A stretch of DNA of 64,000 bases from Pirellulales bacterium. GTDB lineage: Bacteria > Planctomycetota > Planctomycetia > Pirellulales > UBA1268. The stretch is from NCBI GenBank assembly GCA_040397545.1, contig JBBAVV010000025.1, positions 366-64,365 on the forward strand, written 5' to 3'. This document shows, piece after piece, positions 38,801 to 46,481 of this stretch. A program made the translations under genes and the position numbers. The stretch's first letter is position 1, and each line of letters opens with the position of its first letter. Below the pieces are notes generated by a model. That model did not search any database. It was given only the letters and a program-made list of their open reading frames with translations, and had not been told where the DNA came from.

Positions 38801-39034
38801 GCCGCCGACGGCACCCTCTTCCAGGTGGGGGGGGATTCCCGGGGGGCGACCTTCGCCGGGGGCTGGACCGTCGGCGACGACGGCGCCGCGACGGTGCGGC
38901 TCGGCATCACCGGCGGGGATGGGAATCGATTCGATCTCACGCTCCGCCATCGCTTCACTGGCCCCGACACGATGATGCTCACGATCGAATTGCCCCAGCC
39001 GATCACGATCGAACTGGTGCGGGCCAAGGAGTGA
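35822..39034 (+). CDS. Large secreted protein: YVTN-type beta-propeller repeats, cytochrome-c-peroxidase-like CxxCH region, and an uncharacterised C-terminal half
   Basis: Start at ATG 35822 with a signal peptide. It has repeated VANxxSDSVSVID-type blades. The heme motifs are FSCASCHPDGHTD..APFHWDG and CGDCH. The last ~450 aa have no family I recognise. Confidence 0.75.
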   Translation: MRRQPACRGFGRSPVTRLVALAVLTAAPLGAVGAVPDPLPGVGHPGFLSPHVNPLAIVGGHLFVANTPADTLDIIEIASRSVVRRIPVGIQPVSVVARPDGREVWVANHVSDSVSVIDTAPESATRFHVVATIQDLDPLTLATRFDEPVGIAFADNTKAYVALSSENRVAVIDVARRSVVKSLSIAAQDPRAIQVCSGRLYVAPFESHNRTQLSGGRGKPDGDLVTFDAWEHSIRHNNVLSLGHVVDIIKHPDVPDRDLFVFDTASDELVETIHGLGTLLYGLAVDHDGRVFLAQTDARNDANGRAGTKQQGLAELENRPFLNSVTSVLPGSGEPPRFYDLEPLPPEQPADGAALATPFGLRVSDDGRTIVATAAGSGTLFTLDVASGAVLGRVAVGAWPDGVVLECGSDGKPARAWVLSAFSNQVTLVDLTDREHPAAVATIPLADPTPEPIRLGKIAFHSASASTTKTFSCASCHPDGHTDQLLWVLATPVVSGGNQIMPRSTMPCRGLRDTAPFHWDGIPGDPYGGINSHSVHAAVAANSEAADPTSPVRHLIDGGLASTMRLAGDDSVNDEGKAGGLSGSERDAMAAFLLDIPYPPAQRRSATNVVSETARSGFRLFHVDGDLDPSKPTPNVCGDCHRMPHLVSTNTPGTGMDTPTWRGAYDRWLILPQGRLNIIDFDFFRDIAHRGTPERDVWRMSWGGRERFDPVWEMVLEGSTGFPGAFGRQVTLDTHTAAPDQRLTRDLLAALEAATSDGTVLLRGEGIFKAGDGASDVVLEFDGGKNAAVYVTHDGSGRRWSRDELLAAAVAGDFTATFTARIGARGAQPQPAIWTDGEIQAQAGHQAFPRLKSRERLMTMRGRHVDEGAFPLVDGRRAEGLVRVDGETVVVELAATPGDGMHLLQVHNPGGLVSNDFLFFVNEETAPVADTKGKSLAEILRLKKWDQLPGTWIDKATGGRIVHTTYAWKIPDRVLEVVNTGGDNPSTSLLAVNAADGTLFQVGGDSRGATFAGGWTVGDDGAATVRLGITGGDGNRFDLTLRHRFTGPDTMMLTIELPQPITIELVRAKE

Positions 39035-39062
39035 CACGCCAGGCACTCTGCTTGAATCGACC

Positions 39063-39587
39063 ATGCCGCTCGACAACGCCCAAATCCTCGGCGTCTTGAT
39101 GCCATGGCGAACACGCCTGTCGGCGGCGGCCTGGATCGTGACGCGCGACGCCCACGCCGCCGAGGACATCTTCCAGACGGTGGCCGTCAAGGCGATGTCC
39201 ACGCATGTCGCCTTCGAAGCCGAAGCGGCGCTCGTGTCATGGGCGTTCATCGCCATGCGCCACGCCGCCATCGACTGGCGGCGGCGGCGGTCGCGCGAGG
39301 AGGTGGGGATTGAGGCCGGGCTCCTCGACCGACTCGATGCCGACTGGATCGCGCGTGGCCCGGAGGGGGGGCGGCTGGCGGCTCTCCGCGAGTGTCTCGA
39401 GGATGTGCCTGCCGAGTCGCGGCGCGTGCTCGAGCTTCGCTATGCGGATGGCCTGGGCTGTGCCGAGGTGGCGGCGGCCGTGGGGGTGAGGCTCGACGCG
39501 GTCTACAAGCGGCTGTCGCGCGTGCACTCGACCCTCCGGCAGTGTGTCGAGGGGAAGCTGATCGAGGCCAAGGGAGCGATCCGATGA
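39063..39587 (+). CDS. ECF-type RNA polymerase sigma factor (Rhodopirellula/Verrucomicrobium-like subgroup)
   Basis: 174 aa. Region 2 (AEDIFQTVAVKA..WAFIAMRHAAIDWRR) and region 4 (RVLELRYADGLGCAEVAAAVG..VYKRLSRV) are recognisable. Confidence 0.85.
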   Translation: MPLDNAQILGVLMPWRTRLSAAAWIVTRDAHAAEDIFQTVAVKAMSTHVAFEAEAALVSWAFIAMRHAAIDWRRRRSREEVGIEAGLLDRLDADWIARGPEGGRLAALRECLEDVPAESRRVLELRYADGLGCAEVAAAVGVRLDAVYKRLSRVHSTLRQCVEGKLIEAKGAIR

Positions 39588-40924
39588 CGCGACACGACCG
39601 ACCCGGCGCCACCGGCCCGCTGCTCGAGCGGTTGCTTGTCTATCTCGACGGCGGAGGCTCGGCGGACGAGCGCTGCCAGGTCGAGACAATCCTCCGCCAG
39701 GATCCAGCTGCCCGGGAGCTCCTCCGCGATCTCGCCGAGCAGGCGGTCACGGTGGCCGATTGCAGGCGTATGGCTCGGGAGGGGACGTGGAGCGAGACAC
39801 CGAGCAGGGCAGGGGAGCGGCCCCAGGTCAGGCGGCAGGCGTGGCGCTGGCCGGCGATCGCTGCCGGGCTTGTCGTGGCGGCGGCCGCGGCGGGGGCACT
39901 TTCTGCGCGGCCGGCCGCGCTCCTGGTCATCGGGCAGGTGACGAAGGCCGTCGGGGCGACGCGGTTGTTTACGGCGGCAGGGCGGATCGAGGAGGGAATC
40001 GCGCCGGGGGCGACGGTGGGGCCTGGTGACACGCTCGAGTCGCGATCGAGCGATGCCTGGCTTGCCACCGTTCTCGGCGACGGGGCCAAGCTGACGATCG
40101 CCGGGGAGTCGGTGATCCGCGTTCTCCGCCCCGAGGCGGGGGAGCGACGGTTTGACCTCGTCGAGGGGAGCCTGTGGCTCGACCCGGCGTCCGGAGCGGC
40201 TGCGGCGCCGGTCGTGGTGCGGACGCCAGCCGCGGTCCTCGAAGCGACCGGGGCCCTGTTCGACGTCCGCTCCGGCGCGACCGAGACGGTGCTGCGGGTT
40301 CATGCCGGCATGGTCCGAGCGGCCCGGCGCGTCGACGGCGCCGCTCTCGACGTTCTTCCAGGGAGCCGGTGCACGGTGACTCTCGCCGCCGACACGGTGC
40401 TCACCGCCGAGCCGCAGCCCGATCCGACGGCGGCTTGGCGTCTCGATCCCATGTCGATCGGTGCCGACGGGCACGGGCTCCTCCGGCTGGCGACGGCCGA
40501 TCGGTCGGCGAGTCTGGCGGCCTTTCCTCTGCTGTGGCGCGAAGGGAGCCGTGCGCCGGTGCTCCTCCATGTCGTTGGTGCCGCGGTGTGGCGGGCCTCC
40601 GATGCACCGGTGCGGATCGGCCCCGCCTCCCGCTTCCGCTTCCGCGGCCAGACGACGCGCCCCGTGGCAATCCGCTTCGGCGTGAGCACGCAGCGGATGC
40701 AGGGGGTGTTTTCGGGAAAGTTCGAAGTCGACGTGCCCCCACAGCGTCAGGCCCGCGATGGCGACGCCTTCGAGGTCGAGCTCACGCTCGCCGATCTCGT
40801 GGCGGTCAATCCGACGCTCGCCAACACCGCCGAGGGGCTCGAGGTGGCCGACATCTACGCGCTCACGATCCTCGAAGATGCGGGCTTGGAGATCGTGTCG
40901 ATCGAAGTCACCGGGGGAGAGTGA
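39584..40924 (+). CDS. Anti-sigma factor with a FecR-like periplasmic domain
   Basis: ATGA overlap with the sigma-gene stop. It has an N-terminal zinc-finger-less anti-sigma segment, one TM (WPAIAAGLVVAAAAAGAL) and a FecR-like beta-rich region. Confidence 0.7.
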   Translation: MTRHDRPGATGPLLERLLVYLDGGGSADERCQVETILRQDPAARELLRDLAEQAVTVADCRRMAREGTWSETPSRAGERPQVRRQAWRWPAIAAGLVVAAAAAGALSARPAALLVIGQVTKAVGATRLFTAAGRIEEGIAPGATVGPGDTLESRSSDAWLATVLGDGAKLTIAGESVIRVLRPEAGERRFDLVEGSLWLDPASGAAAAPVVVRTPAAVLEATGALFDVRSGATETVLRVHAGMVRAARRVDGAALDVLPGSRCTVTLAADTVLTAEPQPDPTAAWRLDPMSIGADGHGLLRLATADRSASLAAFPLLWREGSRAPVLLHVVGAAVWRASDAPVRIGPASRFRFRGQTTRPVAIRFGVSTQRMQGVFSGKFEVDVPPQRQARDGDAFEVELTLADLVAVNPTLANTAEGLEVADIYALTILEDAGLEIVSIEVTGGE

Positions 40925-40966
40925 CCGGGGCTGGCGTTCGGCCGTTTCCAACGTGCGCCTTGGCGT

Positions 40967-42100
40967 TCACGGGACTGCAATGAGCTGCCTGGCAGCACGG
41001 CGGATTTTCGGCTGCGGATGATCGGCAGCAATCGATTCGAGTTCCGCAGTCTCTCCGAGCAACATCAATTGAAGAATCGCGCACACCTGCACGTCCTCCG
41101 ACTCGTGATCCCATGCCAATCGGCGGATCTCCGGGACGAGCTCCCGGAACTTATTTCCTCCGATGATCCGCATCGTGGCTGTGACGAGCTCCGTGTTGGA
41201 TGACGAGAGCGCTTCGCGGAGATAAGGGCCGGCAGCGTCGCGGTAGCGGGTCGTGAGAATCACGTTGGCACCGCTTTGCACCCGGATGTCGGGGTGGCCC
41301 AACTGCTTGACGATCAACGGGATGGCCCGCTCGGCAGGCTCCTTCCTGAGCGCCTCCATCTGCCGGCATTCGGGCAGCGACACGAGGTCGTATTCCCTGA
41401 CAGCCATGGGCAGAAACGCCATCGCGTTGAGGATCCCGTGCACCACCATCAGCGGCAGCAATCCGCTAAAGCGGAGTCGCCAGGCGCCAGAGGCGACTCC
41501 CATCACGAACGCCCCGACAAGGCGATCTGAGCGAAACGTGGGACCGAGGTGGCAGGCGGAAAAAAGGATCGCTTGCACGACCACGGCCCCTTTGTTTGAC
41601 ATCACCTTCCGGAGTTGGCCAAGGATAAACCCCCGGAAGAATAATTCTTCAGCGATCGGCGTGATGATGACCAATCGGATCGTGTCAGCCACGATGACCG
41701 CCGGAGCGATGAGCCCAGTGGCGACAGGCCGGCTCGCTCCGATATGACTGAAGACTCCGTCGAGCATCGATGTCAGTGGTCGGCAAGCGCGAGTCCCGAC
41801 CAAGACAACGATCATCACCAGGAACGCCCACCACCAAGCCTTGAGCCCGGAAGTCAGCAGCCGACCGTCAAAGGACGCCGCGGCGGGACGTTGCCACATC
41901 AGCAGGCAGGGAAGAAATAGCTCGAAGACGGTGAACAGAAAGCTCACAAAGGCCTGCTGCCAACGCGAGTCGGGCCAAAGCTCCGTCGTCGATTTGCCGA
42001 CTTGCGACAAGGCCAGCGCAAAAACGACCAGTCCGATGACTTCGAGCCGCGTGGGCGACGTTCTTGACTGCTGCTGGTCGGTAGGCTGAGTCGTCGTCAT
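40967..42100 (-). CDS. CPBP-family intramembrane glutamic endopeptidase (CAAX/Abi) fused to C-terminal HEAT-like repeats
   Basis: 377 aa. Motifs include PIAEELFFRGF and FSACH..HGILN. The C-terminal ~130 aa are helical repeats (HPDIRVQSGA.., HPQPKIRRAA..). G+C is lower than in the flanks. Confidence 0.8.
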   Translation of the reverse strand: MTTTQPTDQQQSRTSPTRLEVIGLVVFALALSQVGKSTTELWPDSRWQQAFVSFLFTVFELFLPCLLMWQRPAAASFDGRLLTSGLKAWWWAFLVMIVVLVGTRACRPLTSMLDGVFSHIGASRPVATGLIAPAVIVADTIRLVIITPIAEELFFRGFILGQLRKVMSNKGAVVVQAILFSACHLGPTFRSDRLVGAFVMGVASGAWRLRFSGLLPLMVVHGILNAMAFLPMAVREYDLVSLPECRQMEALRKEPAERAIPLIVKQLGHPDIRVQSGANVILTTRYRDAAGPYLREALSSSNTELVTATMRIIGGNKFRELVPEIRRLAWDHESEDVQVCAILQLMLLGETAELESIAADHPQPKIRRAARQLIAVP

Positions 42101-42121
42101 TGAGTGCCCATCTGGCGGGAA

Positions 42122-42185
42122 GGAAGCCGCGGCTTCCTCGTGGCCTTGCGGTCAGCCGAACGAGCCGCTCCGCAAGGCCACGAGG
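42122..42185 (-). terminator. Two adjacent perfect hairpins downstream of the 42273..43062 gene
   Basis: There is a 16-nt palindrome ggaagccgcggcttcc (42122-42137). A 16-bp stem joins cctcgtggccttgcgg (42136-42151) and ccgcaaggccacgagg (42170-42185) with an 18-nt loop. Confidence 0.5.
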
Positions 42186-42272
42186 CACCTTTCGATGTAA
42201 TAGTCATCGAGAAATGTCGTCCCCGCAGGCTTCATGCTGCCGCTAGGGGTGACATGACATTGATGGTTCGAA

Positions 42273-43062
42273 TTAACGATGTGCCGGATTTTTATCCAAT
42301 TCCTGGAGTCGACGGAGCTCCTCCAGTTCCTGGGTTACTCGGGGCCCGGTGCCGTCCGCGGACTCGGCAATCGCCTGCGCCACCCGGCGCTGCTGGGCCG
42401 CGATGATGGCTGCTCTAGCTGCTGGTGGTGCTACTTCCAACACGCCTTTGGCCTCGCCTAATCCCGGAGGAGTCAATGCATCGATCGCTGTTTGTCCGAT
42501 GCCCCAGATAATATTGAGGCCCGGCTTCGCCCAGTCGTACCAGTCCTGTCCGTACTCACCCCAAGTGCGTGCGAGCTGATCCTCGACATTGCCTGCCTTT
42601 CCGACGGCTTGCTGTCCGCCTCCGGAATAGGGCGAATCAGAAGGCGTGCCGGTTGGGGATGTGCCCGAGGATGAACTTCCCCCCGAAGGACTCGTGACCG
42701 GCCCGCTCCCGAGCAGACCACCGCTGCCGAGGCTCGAACCACCCGGGCCGATTGGCGACTGGCCAGCCGGAGCGGAGAGGAGACTGCCAGCCGCCCCGGA
42801 AAGGGGAGGAGCGATCGGTGCTACGACGAGTGTCGTTGGCGCCGAAGAAGCGTTCGATGCGGCGGCTGGGGGAACTGGCGGCAGTTGGCCCGCCGGAGCG
42901 AGGCTCTGCCAGAGGAGCAGGGCGTCGGCAGCCCCGGGGCTGGCGGTGAGAAACCGACGGGATTCGAGGGATTCGACGGAGCAGGCATCGCGCTGGCGGC
43001 CGAGTTTTCGGCGAAGCCCCCTATTCCCCCCCCCCTTGCCCGAATCGACGTTGCAGCGACAT
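42273..43062 (-). CDS. Secreted Gly/Ser/Pro-rich hypothetical protein with a planctomycete LESRRFL N-terminal motif; start is out of frame across a G10 tract
   Basis: The main frame reads ..GNRGLRRKLGRQRDACSVESLESRRFLTASPG.. down to TAA 42273-42275. The best ATG (43062, MSLQRRFGQ) is separated from this frame by the 10-nt homopolymer at 43026-43035. G9 or G12 would join the two. Confidence 0.5.
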
Positions 43063-43246
43063 GGATCATTCCCTGACGAGGTGAAACGGCTGAAACAAGA
43101 ATGTGGAGAGGAGATCAGAAGCACGAAGCGTGCCTGGCCCCGACTCAGGGGAGGATAGGCCATCGCTCGAAAGGCGTCAAGAAATCGGCGTGCGCGTTCA
43201 ACGCGTTTGTCTGGCTCGTGCTCTCGACCGGTGTGGCCCCCACATT

Positions 43247-43445
43247 TCGCCGGCGGTGTCGCGGGTGTCACGGCCGGCACGGCCGACTTGCCGAGGAGAT
43301 GGCCCTCAAACCAGGCGAGATCCCATGCCATCTTGGTACGGCGGTGGTGTTGCTCGCCAAGCCCGTGGCCAGCGCCGGGATAGACGACAAGCTCCGTCGG
43401 GACGTCGAGGTTGCTCCACCCCATCCCCCCGATCCGGTCGCGATC
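43247..43445 (-). pseudogene. Orphan S9-peptidase fragment (active-site Ser motif joined to the C-terminus by an internal deletion)
   Basis: 43247-43411 aligns without gaps to 46487-46651, with about 28 mismatches in 165 nt by hand. 43410-43445 matches 46944-46979 at 33 of 36 nt. It reads GMGWSN|LDVPTELVVYPGAGHGL..TPATPPAK with no stop codon. Confidence 0.8.
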
Positions 43446-43711
43446 TCTCGGGACGGCAGGTAGCCGTGACGGACAACGCGACGGCGGCCAGACTCGTCGA
43501 CCAGCGCCGCATGCTCCTCGAGGAAGGCATCTCCCGCGCTCTCCAGGGCTGCCTGCAGCATCCGTCTCGCTCCATTACGGACGATCGAGTCGAGCGGGCT
43601 CCGCCCGCTCTCCATGATCTCGCCGATCCGCTCCACACCTTCGCGGGACGACCGCACAACCCTTGCTCTCGATCCGAGACGTTCCAAACCGCGAACCGTC
43701 AAACCTTGCAT
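43446..43711 (-). mobile_element. IS256-family transposase gene, N-terminal stub only
   Basis: From ATG 43711 it reads ..PLDSIVRNGARRMLQAALESAGDAFLEEHAALVDESGRRRVVRHGYLPSREIATGSG. This matches the conserved IS256/mutator N-terminus. The reading frame then runs into the S9 fragment. Confidence 0.7.
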
Positions 43712-44008
43712 GACGGCGTATCCTTTTGCCCTGACGTGGGGCGGCTGGTGGGGGAGTAGCCCCGGCAGGATACGCCGCCTTTTTTCATGCGCTCACCGAA
43801 CACGACTTTTGGTCATGGCTCCGCTCAACACGGGACGCACGCCCAGTCCAGTCACACTCAGCCCCCGTCTGTTGACGGGTGAGCGGCAGGTCGGCACACT
43901 TTGTGGTGATCATCTACCCCCGAGCGTTCTGGGGTGTGGTCATCTGGGTGATCCCGGTCACGAGCCAATACCTGGATCGATTACGGCATAAAGAGACAGA
44001 CCAAGATC

Positions 44009-44761
44009 GTGTTCAAGCTCGAAGAAGTCTCCAAGTCGTTCGGCAATCAGACGGTGTTGCAACCGACATCGATCGATTTCCAGACCGGCAAATCAACGGT
44101 TTTGATCGGGCCGAGCGGTTGCGGCAAAAGCACCCTGCTGCGTTTGCTGGCCGGATTACTCACCCCCAACTCAGGTCGAGTCCTCTTCGACGGGGTCGAG
44201 TTAAACACCCGGAACATCATGCAAATGCGTCATCGGATGGGCTACGTCATCCAAGACGGGGGACTCTTCCCACATTTGACTTCTGCTCAGAATGTCGGCC
44301 TGATGGCCAGGCATTTGGGCTGGTCAGACCAGCAGGTTCAAATCCGGATCGACGAGTTGGCCGATTTGACCCGACTGCCCCGCCCCGCCCTGGACCGCTA
44401 CCCTGGACAGATCTCCGGTGGCCAGCGGCAACGTGTCGGGATCATGCGAGCCTTGATGCTCGATCCTCCCGTCATGCTCTTGGATGAACCGATGGGGGCT
44501 CTCGATCCGCTGGTTCGTTACGATCTGCAAGAGGACTTGCTGAAGATCTTTCGAGCTCTGAACAAGACTGCCATCACCGTTACACACGACATGGGCGAGG
44601 CCGGCTTCTTCGGCGATCATGTGATCATGCTCGGCGAAGGTTGCATCGTGCAACAAGGCAAGCTCGAGGAGATGATCTTGCATCCTGCAAATGACTACGT
44701 AACCCGATTCGTCAATGCACAGCGATTGCCAACACTGCCCAACGCAAGGGGGGCCTCGTGA
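44009..44761 (+). CDS. Osmoprotectant (glycine betaine/choline-type) ABC transporter ATP-binding protein, without CBS domains
   Basis: GTG start. Walker A is GPSGCGKST, the signature is ISGGQRQRV, and Walker B is MLLDEPMGALD. Sampled lines give low G+C (about 50-60%). Confidence 0.8.
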   Translation: MFKLEEVSKSFGNQTVLQPTSIDFQTGKSTVLIGPSGCGKSTLLRLLAGLLTPNSGRVLFDGVELNTRNIMQMRHRMGYVIQDGGLFPHLTSAQNVGLMARHLGWSDQQVQIRIDELADLTRLPRPALDRYPGQISGGQRQRVGIMRALMLDPPVMLLDEPMGALDPLVRYDLQEDLLKIFRALNKTAITVTHDMGEAGFFGDHVIMLGEGCIVQQGKLEEMILHPANDYVTRFVNAQRLPTLPNARGAS

Positions 44762-46326
44762 GACCTCGAATTGCGTCACTGCTTGTTGGCCTCTTTGGGT
44801 ATTTATCTTGCTTCTCCAATCCACTGGGCACATCGGCAGTCCATGCCCAAGCACCCCAAGTCGGGATCGGCTCAAAGTCGTTCACTGAATCGGTCATTTT
44901 AGGTGAATTGCTTTCACATTTGGCAAAGAATACCGGTGCACAGGTCCGCCATCGGGCCGAGCTCGGAGGCACCCAAATCCTTTGGCAAGCCCTCATCACT
45001 GGCGAAATCGACGCGTACGTCGACTACACCGGCACGATCCGCGAAGAAATCCTTGCCGATGTGGCTCGGGAAGGGACCAAGATCGAATCCGAAGGCGACA
45101 TGCGAAATGCCCTTGCTGCGAGAAAAGTCTCGATGTCCGAGCGTGTGGGCTTCAATAATACTTACGCACTAGGGATGCGCCGTTCGATCGCCCAGCGATT
45201 AGGGATCACCAAGATCAGCGACCTGAAAAACCATCCCGAGCTCCAATTGGGATTCAGCGATGAATTCGTCGAGCGCAAGGATGGCTGGCGTCCGCTCAAG
45301 GAGGAATATGGACTGCCCCACACGCGGATCAAAGTCATGGATCACAATTTGGCCTATCGAGGCCTGGAAAAAGACTCCATTCAGGTAGCGGATTTGTACA
45401 CGACCGACCCTGAGGTCAAGTACTACGATCTGGTGGCTCTCGAAGATGATCTGGCGTTCTTTCCAGTCTACTATGCGGTGGTCCTGATGCGAGAGGACCT
45501 AACAAGTCGTGCCCCCAAAGTCGCCGAAGCGATTATGAGAATGCAGGGGCTGATCACCCCCGAGGAGATGTCGTCGATGTCTGCAGAGGTGCGATTGGAC
45601 CGCAGACAGGAAGCGATTGTGGCCGGCGAGTTTCTCAACAGCAAACTGAATCTGGGTCTATCGCTTCCCCAAGAAGGGCGATGGGTCGAAGGCAGAAAGA
45701 TCATCGAGCGTGTTGTGAGCACGACTTGGGAACACCTCTTTTTGGTTTTGATTTCCCTCGGCTTGGCGATCCTGTCTGCAATCCCTCTTGGAATCCTTGC
45801 CTCGCGAAACGAAGCCCTCGGCCAAACGGTCCTGGGAGTCGTCGGGGTGATTCAAACGTTGCCGTCGATGGCGTTACTGGTGTTTGTCATGCCGCTGTTT
45901 GCACTGTTTGGGATGGGGATCGGACCTGCACCGGCCATCATGGCCTTGTTTCTCTATAGCCTGCTTCCGATCGTCCGTGGGACTTACGCAGGAATCAAGC
46001 AAATCCCGGCTTCCATCCGCGAATCGGCAGAAGTGTTGGGGCTCGATGCCAGGGCGAGACTTCGGCTGGTCGAGTTGCCGCTGGCCCAACCTTCGATTCT
46101 TTCGGGGATCAAAACCGCTGCGGTGATCAACGTCGGAACGGCGACGATCGGCGCGCTCATCGGTGCCGGTGGCTATGGATCATCGATCTTGACGGGCATC
46201 CGACTGAACGATCTTTCGCTTATTCTCCAAGGGGCAGTGCCAGCCGCAGCGCTGGCCTTGGTTGTGCAATATGGTTTTGGCCTCCTGGAAAAAAAGATCG
46301 TCTCACCAGGACTTCAAGGCTCCTAG
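44758..46326 (+). CDS. Fused substrate-binding (OpuAC/OpuCC-like, N-terminal) and permease (C-terminal) protein of an osmoprotectant ABC transporter
   Basis: GTGA overlap with the upstream gene. A signal peptide is followed by an SBP region (GSKSFTESVILGELL..GEIDAYVDYTG). Then comes a permease with LPIVRGTYAGIKQIP..ESAEVLG (EAA-type loop). The gene ends with TAG. Confidence 0.8.
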   Translation: MRPRIASLLVGLFGYLSCFSNPLGTSAVHAQAPQVGIGSKSFTESVILGELLSHLAKNTGAQVRHRAELGGTQILWQALITGEIDAYVDYTGTIREEILADVAREGTKIESEGDMRNALAARKVSMSERVGFNNTYALGMRRSIAQRLGITKISDLKNHPELQLGFSDEFVERKDGWRPLKEEYGLPHTRIKVMDHNLAYRGLEKDSIQVADLYTTDPEVKYYDLVALEDDLAFFPVYYAVVLMREDLTSRAPKVAEAIMRMQGLITPEEMSSMSAEVRLDRRQEAIVAGEFLNSKLNLGLSLPQEGRWVEGRKIIERVVSTTWEHLFLVLISLGLAILSAIPLGILASRNEALGQTVLGVVGVIQTLPSMALLVFVMPLFALFGMGIGPAPAIMALFLYSLLPIVRGTYAGIKQIPASIRESAEVLGLDARARLRLVELPLAQPSILSGIKTAAVINVGTATIGALIGAGGYGSSILTGIRLNDLSLILQGAVPAAALALVVQYGFGLLEKKIVSPGLQGS

Positions 46327-46481
46327 TACTGCTTCGCTAAGCTGGTCTGAGCTGCCCGTGGAAAATGTCATTCCTGACCTTCTCCACTCGGGAAACCCAG
46401 GTCAGATCGCGAGAGTTCTACCACGGGCGGTCCGCGTCATTGTTGACTGCTCCGATCCCTCCCGCCCCGAGCGCATGATCA

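Noticed and set aside
42273-43424. The 383-aa ORF read as one gene.
   Set aside because: Its first ~60 residues are the S9-peptidase fragment running without a stop into non-homologous sequence. The LESRRFL-type N-terminus appears only about 130 residues in, so this is a chimeric read-through and not a single gene.
43890-43925. A possible IS256 terminal inverted repeat (ggcacactttgtggtgatcatctacccc) about 200 nt upstream of the transposase stub.
   Set aside because: The other end of the element is missing, so no matching repeat exists in the window. I cannot confirm the consensus from memory.
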